The translations under genes were made by a program, and so were the position numbers. Shown piece by piece: positions 50,002 to 63,025 of a stretch of DNA of 64,000 nt. The stretch is from contig JBHGNT010000015.1 of the NCBI GenBank assembly GCA_043228905.1, forward strand, positions 496,001-560,000. The letters run 5' to 3'. How positions within the stretch are numbered: the first letter of the stretch is position 1; the number at the start of each line of letters is the position of its first letter. The stretch comes from Azolla caroliniana. Taxonomy: Eukaryota > Plantae > Polypodiophyta. Under the pieces are notes generated by a model. The model saw nothing but the letters and a program-made list of their open reading frames with translations, made no database searches and was not told the DNA's origin.

Positions 50002-52504
50002 TTAAGAATTGTAAGTGAAGGTGGTGGTGGTGGGTATGTTGGGCATGTTTTGTCCGGGCGCCAAGATTCCATTCGGATCCCAACGCTGCTTCAAAGACCG
50101 GAAATGTGCCCACCGGGCCGGGCCGAAATGCTCCGCCCACACGTTCTCGCCGCCGCATTTGAAGTGTGGGAGGTAGTGCTTGAGTTTGATCCCGGCCGCA
50201 CGGGCGATTCGCACGACCTCCTCGTTCTCCTCGGCCGCCGCCATTGCATTCGATAATGAACCTCCTCCGGCCCCAGCCCCAGCCCCGGGACCGTCACCAC
50301 TCATGAAGCGCAGCAATGCCACCATGTAGAACACCTCCTCATCCTCCGGGATCACTGCGGAGCACCGCCGATCCCTCGGCCATCTGCATAGTAACCCATA
50401 AGAGTATCAATACAAAAACAAAAAAGACCTTACTATTTATTTAATCACATCCACATTTGCTCCTCCATCATGATCATGATCAAATTATCCTCCTTACTTG
50501 CTCCTGAGCATTGGGTAGACAAGCATGGGCCCGCCCACTCCTCTACGCAGCTTCTCTTTGAAGATGAGGGCATCGAAGGTCTGGATTTGGGAGGCCGGAA
50601 CGAAGAGGCAGAGCCATGGATGGGGGGAGCCGTCCCACAGACCCATTCCCCGGAGCTTCTCTTCCCCGGCATGGACTCGATCCAGGAACTCTCTGTACGT
50701 CACGTCCATCTGGAAGCGCAGGCCCGGCACGAAACGCAGAGGCCGCAGAAGATCAGCGGTTCGCTAACAGAATAGAATAGAGTCATGAGGAAAGAAGAGT
50801 CGCATTCTATTAATGTCATCACCAACAAATGAGCGAGTCTGATTGATTTATAATCCAAATTTGATCGTGATGAAATGGAAGCTATGGGTGATCATACATA
50901 TCATTCATATATATATATATACCTGATCGATCTGATTCAGCTTATCACTTGATTTATAGTACTTGGCGACCTCCAGGCAATACAGGACGGGGGCGGCTGA
51001 GCTACTAGGTATGAGGTGAGGATTGAAGAAGTTATTGAAGCTCTTCGAAGAAGAAGAACTTGAAGAAGACGAGGTGGAGGAGGAATCCGAGAAGAGAACG
51101 GTTGGCCAGCCATTCACGGGGTCGTTGCTGTTAGTCACCACGAAGCCTTCCACATAATCGAAGCCCAAAGAACCTGCAGAACTGTCCCAATTGGCATTAT
51201 TGATCTTACTGCTATTCTTATTATTATTATTAGCCACGGTGATGAGATGCTCTTGATCCTTTGTGAAGACTTTGAAATCGGTGTATACTAGGCGAATCCA
51301 TCGAACCTGCATAATTTACGTTAAAACCTTATATATGATGTGATGTATACTGACCGAATTAATCTTAGTGATTGATTAAACACCGTATAGTAGCTCTAAT
51401 CACAATCCAGAATCAAACCTTCTGAGGAGCCACTTCCAGAAGGATGCGAGCCTTGGTAATTATGCCCAGTTGGCCCAGTCCACCGAGCGAGCCATAGAAG
51501 AGATCTGGATTACTGGTGGCCGAACAATTCCTCACTTCGCCACTAGCTGCATTTTTCCAATGATTCGCATGGAGTAGTATCAGATCAATGGATATCCATT
51601 AACGCGCGCAGCAATTGAAAAGCATTCTCATGATTCACGATGCATAATGATTCGTGATTCATAATGATTAGCGATTAAGAATGGTTCGTGATTCGTAATG
51701 ATTCATGATTTTCATGAGCAGCTACTGATTGTTATCGTAGACATTATTGGATTTACCTGTGATGACATCGAGGCGAGTGACGTTGCTAATCTGTGGGCCA
51801 TGGCGGAAGCACTGGCCTCCTACTCCGGCGTTCTGAAGCGTCCCGCCGACGGAGAGGTAGAGGTAGTCGGTCCAGGAGCGTGGCGCCAGGCCGTACTGCT
51901 TGACGGCGGCATCCAGAACCTCCACCCAGAGGCGGCCGGCGCACACCTCGGCGTACAGGCTGCCATCGGCTTCTCTGCCCACGCTCAGAATGGGGGGCTC
52001 CTGGAGGCTCTGCATCTCGATGACGATGCCGTCGGCAGCTTGGGATTGGCCGTTCACAGAGTGGCCATTCCCACGGGCGGCGACGCAGAGCTTGTGGTGG
52101 GCCGGATGATGATGATGATGGTGTGTGGCGAGGAGGGAGCGCTGAATGCTGGGGATGGCGAGCATGAGGCGCAGGATGTCGTCAGGAGAGGAGGGGTAGA
52201 TGACGGCGCAGGGTAGCTGCCGGAAGCGACCGCCGAAGTCCCTGGCGGCGGCGGCGTCCAGCTGCGGGCTGTAGAGCTTCATGTTCACGCGCGCCAGCGG
52301 CTCTGCCGCCAGCAAGGCGCTCTGGATGGCTTGCCGGAGATCGAAGGGCGGCGGAATAATGGCGCCGCCGCCGGCGGCGGCGGCTGCAGCAGGAGGAGGG
52401 GAAGGAGGAGGAGGGGCATTATTAGATGAGGAGGAGCGAGCCGGCGGAGCTTGGCCGCCATAGCCAGCAGGGAATCGCCCGCTGTGGTGGGAGACGGCCG
52501 CCAT
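50002..52504 (-). CDS. CKX: Cytokinin oxidase/dehydrogenase, CKX7-like (no evident signal peptide). Exons 52504-51757, 51546-51419, 51306-50923, 50763-50498 and 50383-50002.
   Basis: FAD-attachment motif AARGNGHS, plus [57 protein letters not shown] and [11 protein letters not shown]. Five exons, with a 128-bp exon 2 and in-frame GT-AG junctions. Confidence 0.95.
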
Positions 52505-52550
52505 GGATTGCGTTTGTGTTTGGGCTTGCGCTTGGATCTTGATCTTGATC

Positions 52551-52710
52551 TTGCCGCCAAGAAGCACGTGATGTCTGTATTTTGCCAGCCGTCAAGAAGC
52601 ACGTGACGTCTGTCTTGGCCGCCGCAACAAGCTGCACGTGACGTTCGCTTTTGCCGTCTAAAAGCACGTGATGTATATACCTTTGCCGTCTACAAGCACG
52701 TGACGTCCGC
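52551..52710. promoter_or_regulatory. Array of five G-box (CACGTG)-containing repeats immediately upstream of the CKX start codon
   Basis: CACGTG at 52565, 52600, 52635, 52665 and 52697, each in a GCCG(T/C)...AAGCACGTGA(C/T)GT-type unit. Confidence 0.75.
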
Positions 52711-54041
52711 TTCACCCAGTACCCACGCAACCAAACAAAACAAAACAAAACAAAAACAGGTGGAGGTGGAGGAGGAGGAAGGTTCTTCTTCTAGTCAAGC
52801 CAAATTGTGGTAAACACCAAGACTCAGAAAAAAGAAATAAAACCACACATGCGCACACACTCAGAGCCTTACTCCTTTATCCCTGACAGTATATACATAT
52901 ATATATATATATATACACGTTATGTGAGAGGAATGAGGAGGAAGGAATGGAGGGAGGGCTGGTCATGAATTCATATCATCAACCTGAGGGAGTAGAGTAC
53001 GGCGCAGTATTTCCCACTGAAAACGATGGCCGTTAGAACCTTAAAGAATCAGGAATGGATAGATAGCCCCATCCATGGATCTTGATTTTACTACATATAC
53101 ATATGTATACATAAATACATAAGTCCGCTGTAGATATTAGGCTTCCAGGTGCTTGCTTATAGCAGAAGCAGCAGCATTAGGACGAGGGTTAGGGTTAGGG
53201 TTAGGTTAGGGGGGCCTAGTAATGCCCTTCCCTCCTCCTTTATATCAACATCAATGTCAGCCGCTTTCTCTCACTTTCTCTTTATTTACTCACTGAAAAA
53301 TCACAAATTTAGATCTTACCGCACCACAAGCGCTACTATAATGTACATATAATAAAACCTATTATACATATATATAATATATCTACTATTAGGCTATAGC
53401 TATATATGTGTAGATGTAATATGTATGTATGTATATCTATATGTATAACAGTATATATGGACAGACACAATGAGGAAAAAAGACCTATAATCTATACTAG
53501 CAACTCTTCTGTAGAAGATCCTTTCCTTCCTTTTTTCCTCACCCCCTTATTTTAACATGGCCTAGTTTATAGAATAGTTGCTTGTCTTTTTGGTGCTTAG
53601 AAGCGGACTGCAATGGATCGACTCAACCTTAAATAATTAGAAAAAACAGGCCCATTCAGATCAAAATGTGTGCGCGTATATATTTATCTCCATATTTTAC
53701 CTACATATATGTGTGTGTAGTGTGTAGTTAGTGTGTGATGTGTTGTTGTCAAGTGCCTCCCCTCCTTTATATAGGCGATGAGCCTTCCTTCTCTTTGCTT
53801 CTTCTTCTTCTTCTTCTTGCTCTTGCTCTTGCTCGTGGCCTATTCAACAATCATGTGTATTTGTTATTATATGGATATTTGAGGATTCTTCTTGTATTAT
53901 TGGTGGTGGGGAGACTATTAAAGAAATGGCAACAAACAATATGTGTCCGTCTCTCAACTTTCAAGAACTACTACTACTACTAGAGAAGTGTGAACTACTA
54001 CGAAGTTGTATTGCTACTCCTACTAGCGAAGTGGAAACTCG

Positions 54042-54145
<104 letters not shown>

Positions 54146-57100
54146 AGAAAGATATATTAACATCTTCTAAGACCAAAATTGGCCCATGCTTGTAGTGTAA
54201 CAACTTACCAATAGGGTAAGCTAGAGAGAGAGAGATGCCACTTTTTCTTCCTTTCTTTGCATCATGTGGTAATGCTTTGCCAAAGTTCAATATTATAGCC
54301 ATTCATGGGAATCATCATCATTTTCCCCTTCCCCCCTCCCTTCCTTTCCAACACCTTTTTTAAGCTCCCTTTTTTCTCTTCCTCCTAAGTGAGTAGGGGT
54401 ATCTCATTATGAAGGTTTTGCACCTTGATTGCTCCACAAAATTATTGATGTACCAAACTATAAAAACAACAACATTTACATCATTACACTTCAAGTCACC
54501 AATGCAACACCATCTCCTCAATGCAATGAAAATAGCCCCCACCGATAATTGTCATCTTCAGTCGGTCACATATTCCATTTTGCTTTGTGTAGGAAAATTG
54601 ATTGAGGAATTTGAGGTATTGCCACTTGGGCTTGTGTGAATGCCATACATTGTACCTCCATGCCTACATATATGGCACACGTATCTATTGCATCTCCACT
54701 ACGCTTGACAATATGTGAATTTCAATTCAATGAAACATTTGTGAGTGAATATGGTGCCCTTCAATTATCCCTATGATTAGAAGTTAGAATACACATGTAC
54801 ATATATCATTGAAGGATGTATATGCATGATGAAGCTGAATGTCCTTGGTAACTCTTGTCCTAAACTTTGATAATAGTAAGAGAAAAGCACTATAGACGAA
54901 GATACTCATGAGTCATTCAAGCTAATATATTCAATATAAATATAGTTAACATGTCACATTACACATATTCTCTCTCTCTCTCTCTCTCTCTAGATTCCAA
55001 AATCATTTCACCTCTTTTCGAAGATTCACATCCCAATATCGCTCTAGTGTATGTAACTACGTAAGAGAGTTTTTATGCCCACAAAAATATCTTTTATAAT
55101 GCTCTAATCATATAAGAGGGTTGCAGAGGTCCAACAATATCTTCGGGCAATATGGTTACTTATTACAACACTAGAGGCTAAAAATTTACAGACACTCATA
55201 AATAATGAATTGAGGGTTCGTTGTAAAGTTTTAATCACTTTTGCTAGTATAAAATTCCAATCAACCATCTCGATGCATGTAATTTTTAATCACTGTTTGG
55301 AGTTATGTATGAGCATTTATCGAGACAACCTCCCACTTAAAAAGGAATTTTTTTTAGAGATGAAAAAGCACACAATTTATATATCTAAGCCAAAACAACC
55401 TTGCATTAAAAAATGAAAATGGGAAAAAAGAGAGTACGAAAATATACACATCTAAGTTCAAGTTAAGCATTAGTCAAGCTTGCTCTTGGTAAGAGACAAA
55501 TACGCAAAGAGCTCATAAGAAAGACTTTTGGTGAAGGGGTCGAATAGATTATGTTAAGTTGTGTTGTTAGAACAACCTCACCAACATTAGTACAAAATCT
55601 GAACTCTATCTTGGGCCTTCTAAGCATTTATATTATTATCAAATGGTCTTACTTCCACCAAGAGGAAAGAAGCTTCTATCAGGAAACTTTTGTATTTTTG
55701 GGAGAAAATCTCACAACATTTTGCATCAACTCTAGGTACGTAACATTGAGTGCACATCTTAAAGTCAAGCAGAGTCATGCCTCATACCGAAGTCTGTGTG
55801 ACGCTAGACCATTATCTACCCTGTGGTCAATGACACTAGTACTAAGGAATGATCATTACTAATTCCGAAACTACTAATGATAGTTAACCTCTATGACAAG
55901 CTCTACTAACCTCCATCACAGTGGAAAATTAACTAAAACACAACCGTGTTGTATCAAATAACTTAGTTTAGACAGTCAATTGGAATAAAAGAACACAAAG
56001 AGAATAAGCATATCTCTATTTATTAAGTAATCATGCTTTCACACAATTAATTAGTTGCTTAGAGTAAAGCACTCACCAATAATATTGTGTATATGAGAGA
56101 GAGAGAGAGAGAGAGCTTAGATGGATGTAGCACAATTGGTAGCATTGTCTAGCAAAGACTGGAAGGTCACACATTTGGAATTTACATTCCACAATGCCAT
56201 TTGGTAAATTAAGAAAATATTATGGTGCAATAGAGGGGGGTGAAAGTTGAGCCTCTAATCTACCGCATAAGATTAATAGCCTAACAATTGACCACTAGGG
56301 TAAGTTAATTACAAATAGAGACTGGCAGAAAGGAAGAAAGAGAGAGACGAAGAAGAAGAAGAAGAACGCTCAAAGTCTAAAATGGGGAAGGTGAAGAAGA
56401 AATTTGGAGAAGCCAGATTTTGGGATTTTATATTTCCCTCAAATTTAAATGATTTTGCCTTTATTTATTCACATTGTTCACCAAATGAGTGCATAGTCTT
56501 AGATGCAGTCGTTCATTTTGTTGCATGGTCGAGTGGAAGGGTAGCAAGTGATGGGGGAGAGAGTAAGGCTATGATAGGCAAGATTATGGTGAAGGTGATA
56601 GGTTGTGTTGGAGGAAGATGATAGGTTTCATAAAGCGAGTGTGGGCTCCATTGCTGATGTTAGAATGTGGAGGTTTGGCAAGGGTACTTATTGCATTAAC
56701 ATGGTGGTTGTAAAGAACTCCTTGAGGTTGCTCCAAGAGTACATGTTTTGGTCTTATGATCACCATACCAAACCTAAAAATGTGAAAATTCATAATCTAA
56801 CCAATGGGATTATATCCTTGCAAGAGACTGGGTTCCAACTTAGGTTGGGATTGGCGGTTGCATGGGATTGTCCAACCCAAACCTTGCTTGGGACAGTTGG
56901 GATTGCATAGCTTCATTCCAACATTGCTTGTTCCTTCTCTTGCTCATGCCAACACTTGTGCCAACCTTGATCGGTATTCCATGGCGTTGTGTTGTCTAGT
57001 TTTGGGGTTCCCTCATGACTCACTTTGGGATTGATTTTTGGTTGGCCCTGTTTAGGGACACCACACACAAAACAATATATGCCTTTTTCCACTCACATGC

Positions 57101-57664
57101 TCTAGTGAGATTCAAATGTGATTTGGATCACGATGTCGAGGTATTCCTCGCGGATGCGTGGAATGAGGCGGGAACTCGGGGGTCCTGTACTGAAGAGCAA
57201 GAGAGGAAGGAGAAGAGACCCTCTACGTGCGAGCGTAGATCCACAGGGACACGGCCCTTCGACGCAAAGACGCAAGTGGGACAGCGACACAGAAAGACAC
57301 GAATGTATGTATGTATTAACAAAGACAAACAATCAAAAACACGAAGTCGGTTACAACCGAACAGGCCGGCGAACAGATGTCGATGCCTGTTCGTAAACGC
57401 ACAGAAGGAGAAGAGTAGGTTGGAGGTGCTGCCGGAAGCACTCGGGCATTCCTCAGAGCAGCGCGAGCCTCCTGAAAACCTGCACAGAAAGCAGCCACGG
57501 AGTTTGCGAGCCAGAGAGAGAGAGAAGCCTTCGCCCACAAACCGACAACACTTCATCCTCGACTCTCCGCGATCCCTTCCTCTTCCTCGTCTCCCTCCTT
57601 TTATAGGCCAGGAAGGAGCCGTTTCCCCTTTACTTCTTACCTACCGAATCTACCTGCCTAGGAT

Positions 57665-60600
57665 TGTCGAATACATGTGTATAATGGACGTATTCACACC
57701 ATCCCGTTTTCGGCCATTTATGTAATTAGCATAAAGGGTAGTTGCCCTAAGTCGGTCACTATATATAGTGACCTTGTAACCTCTTTGTGAGGTTGGTTGT
57801 TGTATTGTTGCTTTATGAAATAAGAAACTCTTTTGTGTGTGTCTCTCTCTCTCTCTGTGCAACGACCTACATTCTGTCATACACAGGGAATAAACAGGAA
57901 TCGAGTGCTTCAAGATCTTCCGCACAGACGACATTGCTTCCAACATCTGGTATCAGAGCCTGCACAGTAGTCGGTCCTTCAATCCGCTGTCGGTCGTCGT
58001 CTCTGCATTCGGTTTCCTGCGTCATTCGAAGAAAGAGAGAAGAAGAACAAAAAACGAGGTTTGCACCTCATCGCGTTAGATCCCCTTGCTTGGAGTAAGC
58101 CAGCAGGTTGTACTCTGTCCCTTGTGATCGTAACCGCTCGAGGTGAAATCCCCTTGTGCAACTTTGACAACAACCCAAATTCGTGCTTCATCTGGCTGAT
58201 CGACATTCGGGAGGATCAGTCGGATCCGTCTCTCTCGTCGCTGCAGTCACCCGAAGCCGAATCGGTCCAGATAATCGGTTTCAATAATCGGTATTCGGCA
58301 TATATATCCGAAGCGAACCGGGCTCACTCCGACTCGGCAACATTCGGGAAGACCAGTCGGTTCTGTCCCTCAAGTTACCGGAGTCATTTCGAGCAAGTTC
58401 AACAATACATATATCCGAAGCCGAACCGACTCGGGTTCAAATCCGACTAGAACGATATCGGGTGAGCCAACCGGCTGCACTCCAACAAGGTTCGTAGTCA
58501 ACTCCGAACCGAGCTTCGTCAACCGAAACCGAATTTGATGGCATCAACATCCGGCTCGTCAGAAATGAGTCTCCGAAAGTTCGATGGATCGAATTTCAAC
58601 TTCTGGAAGGAACAAATGCAGGACTATCTCATAGTCAAGGGGCAAATCGATCCCATCGAAAATGAAGAACCTCCAGAAGGATACAAACCAATTGAGTGGC
58701 GGAAGCTGGACAGAATCGTCCGCGCCACGATTCGGATGCACCTATCGGAATCGGTATATTTTACGGTGCAATCGTGTATGACAGCATTCGAACTGTGGAA
58801 AACACTGTCGGACACTTACGAAAAGAAGGTCGCCGCAACGAAGATGTTTCTGATCCGGCGCCTCTACAACTTGCGGATGAAAGAATCCGACTCGGTCCAA
58901 GCACACCTCAATGAGTACGAAAGCATAAGCTCCCAAATCTCATCACAGGGGACGGCAATCGAGGATGAACTCAGAGCAATGATACTCATGAGCAGCCTTC
59001 CCTCATCATGGGAAACTTTCGTCACAACCGTGTGCAACGCGTCAACCACGGCTGTCAAATACTCCGAAGTCACGAGCGCAATTCTGACCGAAGCAGCTCG
59101 GAGAAAGTCTTTCGCCAAAGACTCAACAGACGACGCTTATGTAGTACAAGGTTCGACAGACCGATCGAACATACGAGGAAGAGATTCCTCACGACCGCCG
59201 AACAATCAGCGAAGACGGAGCCAGTCACGGGATAACCGAATCTGCAACTATTGCAAGAAACCCGGACACATCAAAGCCGACTGCCGCGCACTCAAGAACA
59301 AGAACAACAAGAAGAGTGGCCGGCATGAGGAGATCAATTACGTCAGCTTCTCAGCTGATGTACTACCGGACGACCCGAATATACTATCAATAGAAAATCC
59401 TGTCGGATCAGAAGTTCTGCTCACGACTGAAGAATCGAGCACATGGCTCTTAGATTCGGGTGCGTCATTTCACGTGACTCCTCATCGATCCCAATTTCGG
59501 CAATATACGATCCGTCACTCCGACTCAGTTCGGGTCGGCAACTCGCAACACTGTGACATCATTGGAATCGGCACAGTAGAGCTCAACCTTGCAGGTGGCT
59601 CTACACTTATACTTCACAATGTCCGACATGTACCCGAGCTCTCAAGGCCATTGATCTCAGTCGGACAACTAGATGAAGACGGCATTCGTGCCGGTTTTTC
59701 TTCGGGAGGGTGGACACTCCACAGGGGGAACCTCCTGCTTGCTAGAGGACCTAAGATACACTCATTGTATCCGTTACATGTTACGCTCAGAGAGGGTAAC
59801 CTGTTTTTGGTGAATATTCCTGTGTCATCACTATGGCACCGAAGATTAGGACACCTCAGCAAGGCCGGCATCACGCACCTATCTAGAGCCGGATACATCC
59901 CCAAACTCTCCTTCTCGGACCATCAATTCTGCGAGCATTGCCAGTATGGCAAACAAGTAGCCGCATCACACCCGACATCAGCACCAAGAGAAACGAGACC
60001 TCTCGATTTAGTCCATTCGGACGTCTGTGGCCCAATGCCGCATCAGTCTCTAGGCGGTGCCTCTTACTTCGTCAGTTTTATTGACGATTCGACTCGAAAG
60101 GTGTGGGCTTATCCAATTCGCACCAAAGATCGTGTCTTCTCGATCTTCACCGATTGGCTCGCTATGGTAGAAAATCAAACCGACCGAAAGCTGAAATGCC
60201 TTCGGACAGACAATGGGGGAGAGTTCAAATCCGATGAATTCGTCAAATTCTGCCGACAACGCGGCATCCGACGTGAATTTACGGCACCACACAGTCCGGA
60301 GCAAAACGGGATTGCCGAACGAATGAATCGGACAATCCAAGAAAGGATAGTTTCCATGCTCCAACACTCCGGACTATCGGATGGCTTCTGGGCAGAGGCT
60401 CTACTCACGGCAGTACACATAATCAATATGTCGCCAAGTAGACCTCTAGGACTTCAAATTCCTCAGGAACTATGGATCGGCAGTAAGCCGAATTACGACA
60501 AGCTGAGGATCTTCGGATGCGAGGCGTACGCCCTCATTCCGAAAGATGATCGCCGAAAACTTGCACCTCGGTCCAGGAAATGCATTTTCCTTGGATATGG

Positions 60601-63025
60601 ATCAGACGGCGAAATGGGATACCGACTCTGGGACCCCGAACGCAGACAAATCGTTCGAAGTTCGGACGTTGTGTTCAACGAGTCGGCTATGAATCCATCA
60701 GTCGAAAAACCGATCGAAGTCCGAAGGGTAACATTCTCCGATGTGCCGACCCTTCAAGAAGGCCCCGCTCTCAACACACGGTCAGCTTCACGGGTAGCTG
60801 AACCTTATACTACCGACTCGGACAACTCTGACTCGGCACAGCCGAATGATTCGGTTTCGGACCATCCGACCTCGATACCCGATGCGACCAGTCCAATCAT
60901 ACCTCGACGATCCGAGAGACTGTCGCAACCTCCGGAGAGGTATTCTCCTGGAATTTTCTTCACCGACGCCGGCGAACCGACGTCTTACGAAGAAGCATCG
61001 ACATCTGTCGATTCGGCCACCTGGCATCTGGCGATGGAGTCGGAAATGCACTCCATCCGGGCAAACAAGACTTGGGATCTGGTTGAATTACCTAGGAACC
61101 GACGTGCTCTTCCTTGCAAGTGGGTTTATCGACTAAAAGAGACGTCTGATTCGACCACCCCAAAGTACAAGGCCAGATTAGTTGCGAAGGGCTTCCGACA
61201 AGAATATGGCGTCGACTTCGACGAGATTTTTTCACCAGTGGTGAAAATGACAACCCTTCGTTTTCTGCTCGGCGTCGTGGCAGCCGACAACTTGGAGCTG
61301 ATTCAGCTAGATGTCAAAACCGCCTTCCTCCATGGTGATCTCGAGGAGGAAATTTATATGGAGCAGCCAAAAGGCTTCGTGGCAACTGGCCAAGAACATC
61401 TAGTCTGCCGACTCAGGAAGAGTCTATACGGCCTCAAACAGGCACCGCGACAATGGTACAAGAAGTTCGACGACTTCATCCAATCAATCGGCTTCTCCAA
61501 AAGCGATGAGGACCATTGTCTCTTCACCAACACAGCTCGAGATGGATCACCCATCTTCCTCATCATTTACGTGGACGACATGCTAATTTCTGGACGCCAC
61601 GCGGGCGAACTTGCCGATCTCGTTCGGCAACTGCGGTTGAAGTTTGCCATGAAGGACCTCGGTCCGGCACGACACATCCTTGGCATGAAGATTAGTCGGC
61701 ATCGCGATAAACGACATCTTTTTTTGTCTCAGACCGACTATATCGGACGTGTCTTGGAACGCTTCAACATGCAATCAGCCAAATCTGCTTCAACCCCACT
61801 CCCTATGAATCTTCGGCTCTCTCAGCGAGACTGCCCGACATCCGGTTCGGAGGGGGAAGATATGAAGTCGGTACCGTATGCACCGGCAGTCGGCTCCCTT
61901 ATGTACCTGATGGTCGCGACACGGCCTGACATCTCTCATGCCGTAGGAGTCGTTAGTAGATTTATGCACAATCCTGGCCGATCGCATTGGAACGCAGTCA
62001 AGCATGTGTTCAGATATCTGGCTGGCACAAAAGACCATGGCATTCTTTTCGGACCGAACCGAACCTCAGGCGTAGTCGGTTACACCGACTCGGACTTCGC
62101 CGGCTGTATAGACAGTCGGAAATCAACAACCGGATACTGCTTCAAATTCGGCAATGGAGCAATCTCGTGGAAGTCGAAACTTCAGGAGTGCACAGCGACC
62201 TCAACGACCGAAGCAGAATATGTAGCTGCGTCCGACGCAGCAAAAGAAGCTTTGTGGCTCGGTCGGCTGGCGCACACGTTTCGACAAGTCGAACATGACT
62301 CGGCTCCAGTTGTCTACAGCGACAGTCAAGGTGCTGTTGCCTTGTCGAAAAATCCGGTTCACCACAACGCCTCCAAACATATCGACGTTCGATATCACTT
62401 CGTTCGGGACTGCGTCATTTCAGGGAAAATCGGTCTAGAGAAAATATCCACAACCGATAATGTCGCAGATGGAATGACCAAATGTCTCTCGGCAGACCGT
62501 TTTCGGTCTCTTCGGCATCAGATGGGCGTAACGACAAACCAGTCCGGTTAGAGCCGGACACAGAGCAGGATGGTTCCCGACAACCGACATCAGCTCCTTA
62601 ATGATCGGCTTCAACTGTTCCGACCCGACCAGTTCGGTCTTCTGTCTTCGGATCCTGCCGACTCGAACAAAGCTGATATGTCCGAGAACCTAAGTCTATA
62701 CCTGTAATCTTAGATAACCCATGTATACGCCCATTACGGGGGAGTGTCGAATACATGTGTATAATGGACGTATTCACACCATCCCGTTTTCGGCCATTTA
62801 TGTAATTAGCATAAAGGGTAGTTGCCCTAAGTCGGTCACTATATATAGTGACCTTGTAACCTCTTTGTGAGGTTGGTTGTTGTATTGTTGCTTTATGAAA
62901 TAAGAAACTCTTTTGTGTCTCTCTCTCTCTCTCTCTGTGCAACGACCTACATTCTGTCATACACAGGGAATAAACAGGAATCGAGTGCTTCAAGATCTTC
63001 CGCACAGACGACATTGCTTCCAACA
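57665..63025 (+). mobile_element. Intact Ty1/Copia LTR retrotransposon E. LTRs 57665-57945 and 62745-63025 (281 bp).
   Basis: Perfect 5-bp TSD AGGAT and TG...CA ends. Met PBS TGGTATCAGAGCC at 57948-57960 and PPT GGGGGAG before 62745. The LTRs differ only at two positions in a (GT)/(CT) microsatellite. Confidence 0.97.
58538..62551 (+). CDS. Complete Copia Gag-Pol polyprotein (~1337 aa)
   Basis: Single uninterrupted ORF with CNYCKKPGHIKADC, LDSGAS, WHRRLGH/CEHC, DDE (HSDVCGP, RTDNGGE, IAERMN), YVDD, and RNase H (YTDSD, TTEAE, YSDSQ, VADGMTK). Confidence 0.97.
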   Translation: MASTSGSSEMSLRKFDGSNFNFWKEQMQDYLIVKGQIDPIENEEPPEGYKPIEWRKLDRIVRATIRMHLSESVYFTVQSCMTAFELWKTLSDTYEKKVAATKMFLIRRLYNLRMKESDSVQAHLNEYESISSQISSQGTAIEDELRAMILMSSLPSSWETFVTTVCNASTTAVKYSEVTSAILTEAARRKSFAKDSTDDAYVVQGSTDRSNIRGRDSSRPPNNQRRRSQSRDNRICNYCKKPGHIKADCRALKNKNNKKSGRHEEINYVSFSADVLPDDPNILSIENPVGSEVLLTTEESSTWLLDSGASFHVTPHRSQFRQYTIRHSDSVRVGNSQHCDIIGIGTVELNLAGGSTLILHNVRHVPELSRPLISVGQLDEDGIRAGFSSGGWTLHRGNLLLARGPKIHSLYPLHVTLREGNLFLVNIPVSSLWHRRLGHLSKAGITHLSRAGYIPKLSFSDHQFCEHCQYGKQVAASHPTSAPRETRPLDLVHSDVCGPMPHQSLGGASYFVSFIDDSTRKVWAYPIRTKDRVFSIFTDWLAMVENQTDRKLKCLRTDNGGEFKSDEFVKFCRQRGIRREFTAPHSPEQNGIAERMNRTIQERIVSMLQHSGLSDGFWAEALLTAVHIINMSPSRPLGLQIPQELWIGSKPNYDKLRIFGCEAYALIPKDDRRKLAPRSRKCIFLGYGSDGEMGYRLWDPERRQIVRSSDVVFNESAMNPSVEKPIEVRRVTFSDVPTLQEGPALNTRSASRVAEPYTTDSDNSDSAQPNDSVSDHPTSIPDATSPIIPRRSERLSQPPERYSPGIFFTDAGEPTSYEEASTSVDSATWHLAMESEMHSIRANKTWDLVELPRNRRALPCKWVYRLKETSDSTTPKYKARLVAKGFRQEYGVDFDEIFSPVVKMTTLRFLLGVVAADNLELIQLDVKTAFLHGDLEEEIYMEQPKGFVATGQEHLVCRLRKSLYGLKQAPRQWYKKFDDFIQSIGFSKSDEDHCLFTNTARDGSPIFLIIYVDDMLISGRHAGELADLVRQLRLKFAMKDLGPARHILGMKISRHRDKRHLFLSQTDYIGRVLERFNMQSAKSASTPLPMNLRLSQRDCPTSGSEGEDMKSVPYAPAVGSLMYLMVATRPDISHAVGVVSRFMHNPGRSHWNAVKHVFRYLAGTKDHGILFGPNRTSGVVGYTDSDFAGCIDSRKSTTGYCFKFGNGAISWKSKLQECTATSTTEAEYVAASDAAKEALWLGRLAHTFRQVEHDSAPVVYSDSQGAVALSKNPVHHNASKHIDVRYHFVRDCVISGKIGLEKISTTDNVADGMTKCLSADRFRSLRHQMGVTTNQSG

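Noticed and set aside
52505-52567. N-terminal CKX extension from a GTG start
   Set aside because: The GTG falls within a G-box repeat, and the ATG at 52504 has a good context (ccATGG).
53185-53210. TTAGGG-type telomere-like run
   Set aside because: Only about four imperfect units, compatible with a simple repeat or telo-box.
57015-57725. 236-aa ORF and similar ORFs across D LTRs
   Set aside because: Spans host flank, LTR and Copia LTR junctions, and the frames are not conserved between LTR copies.
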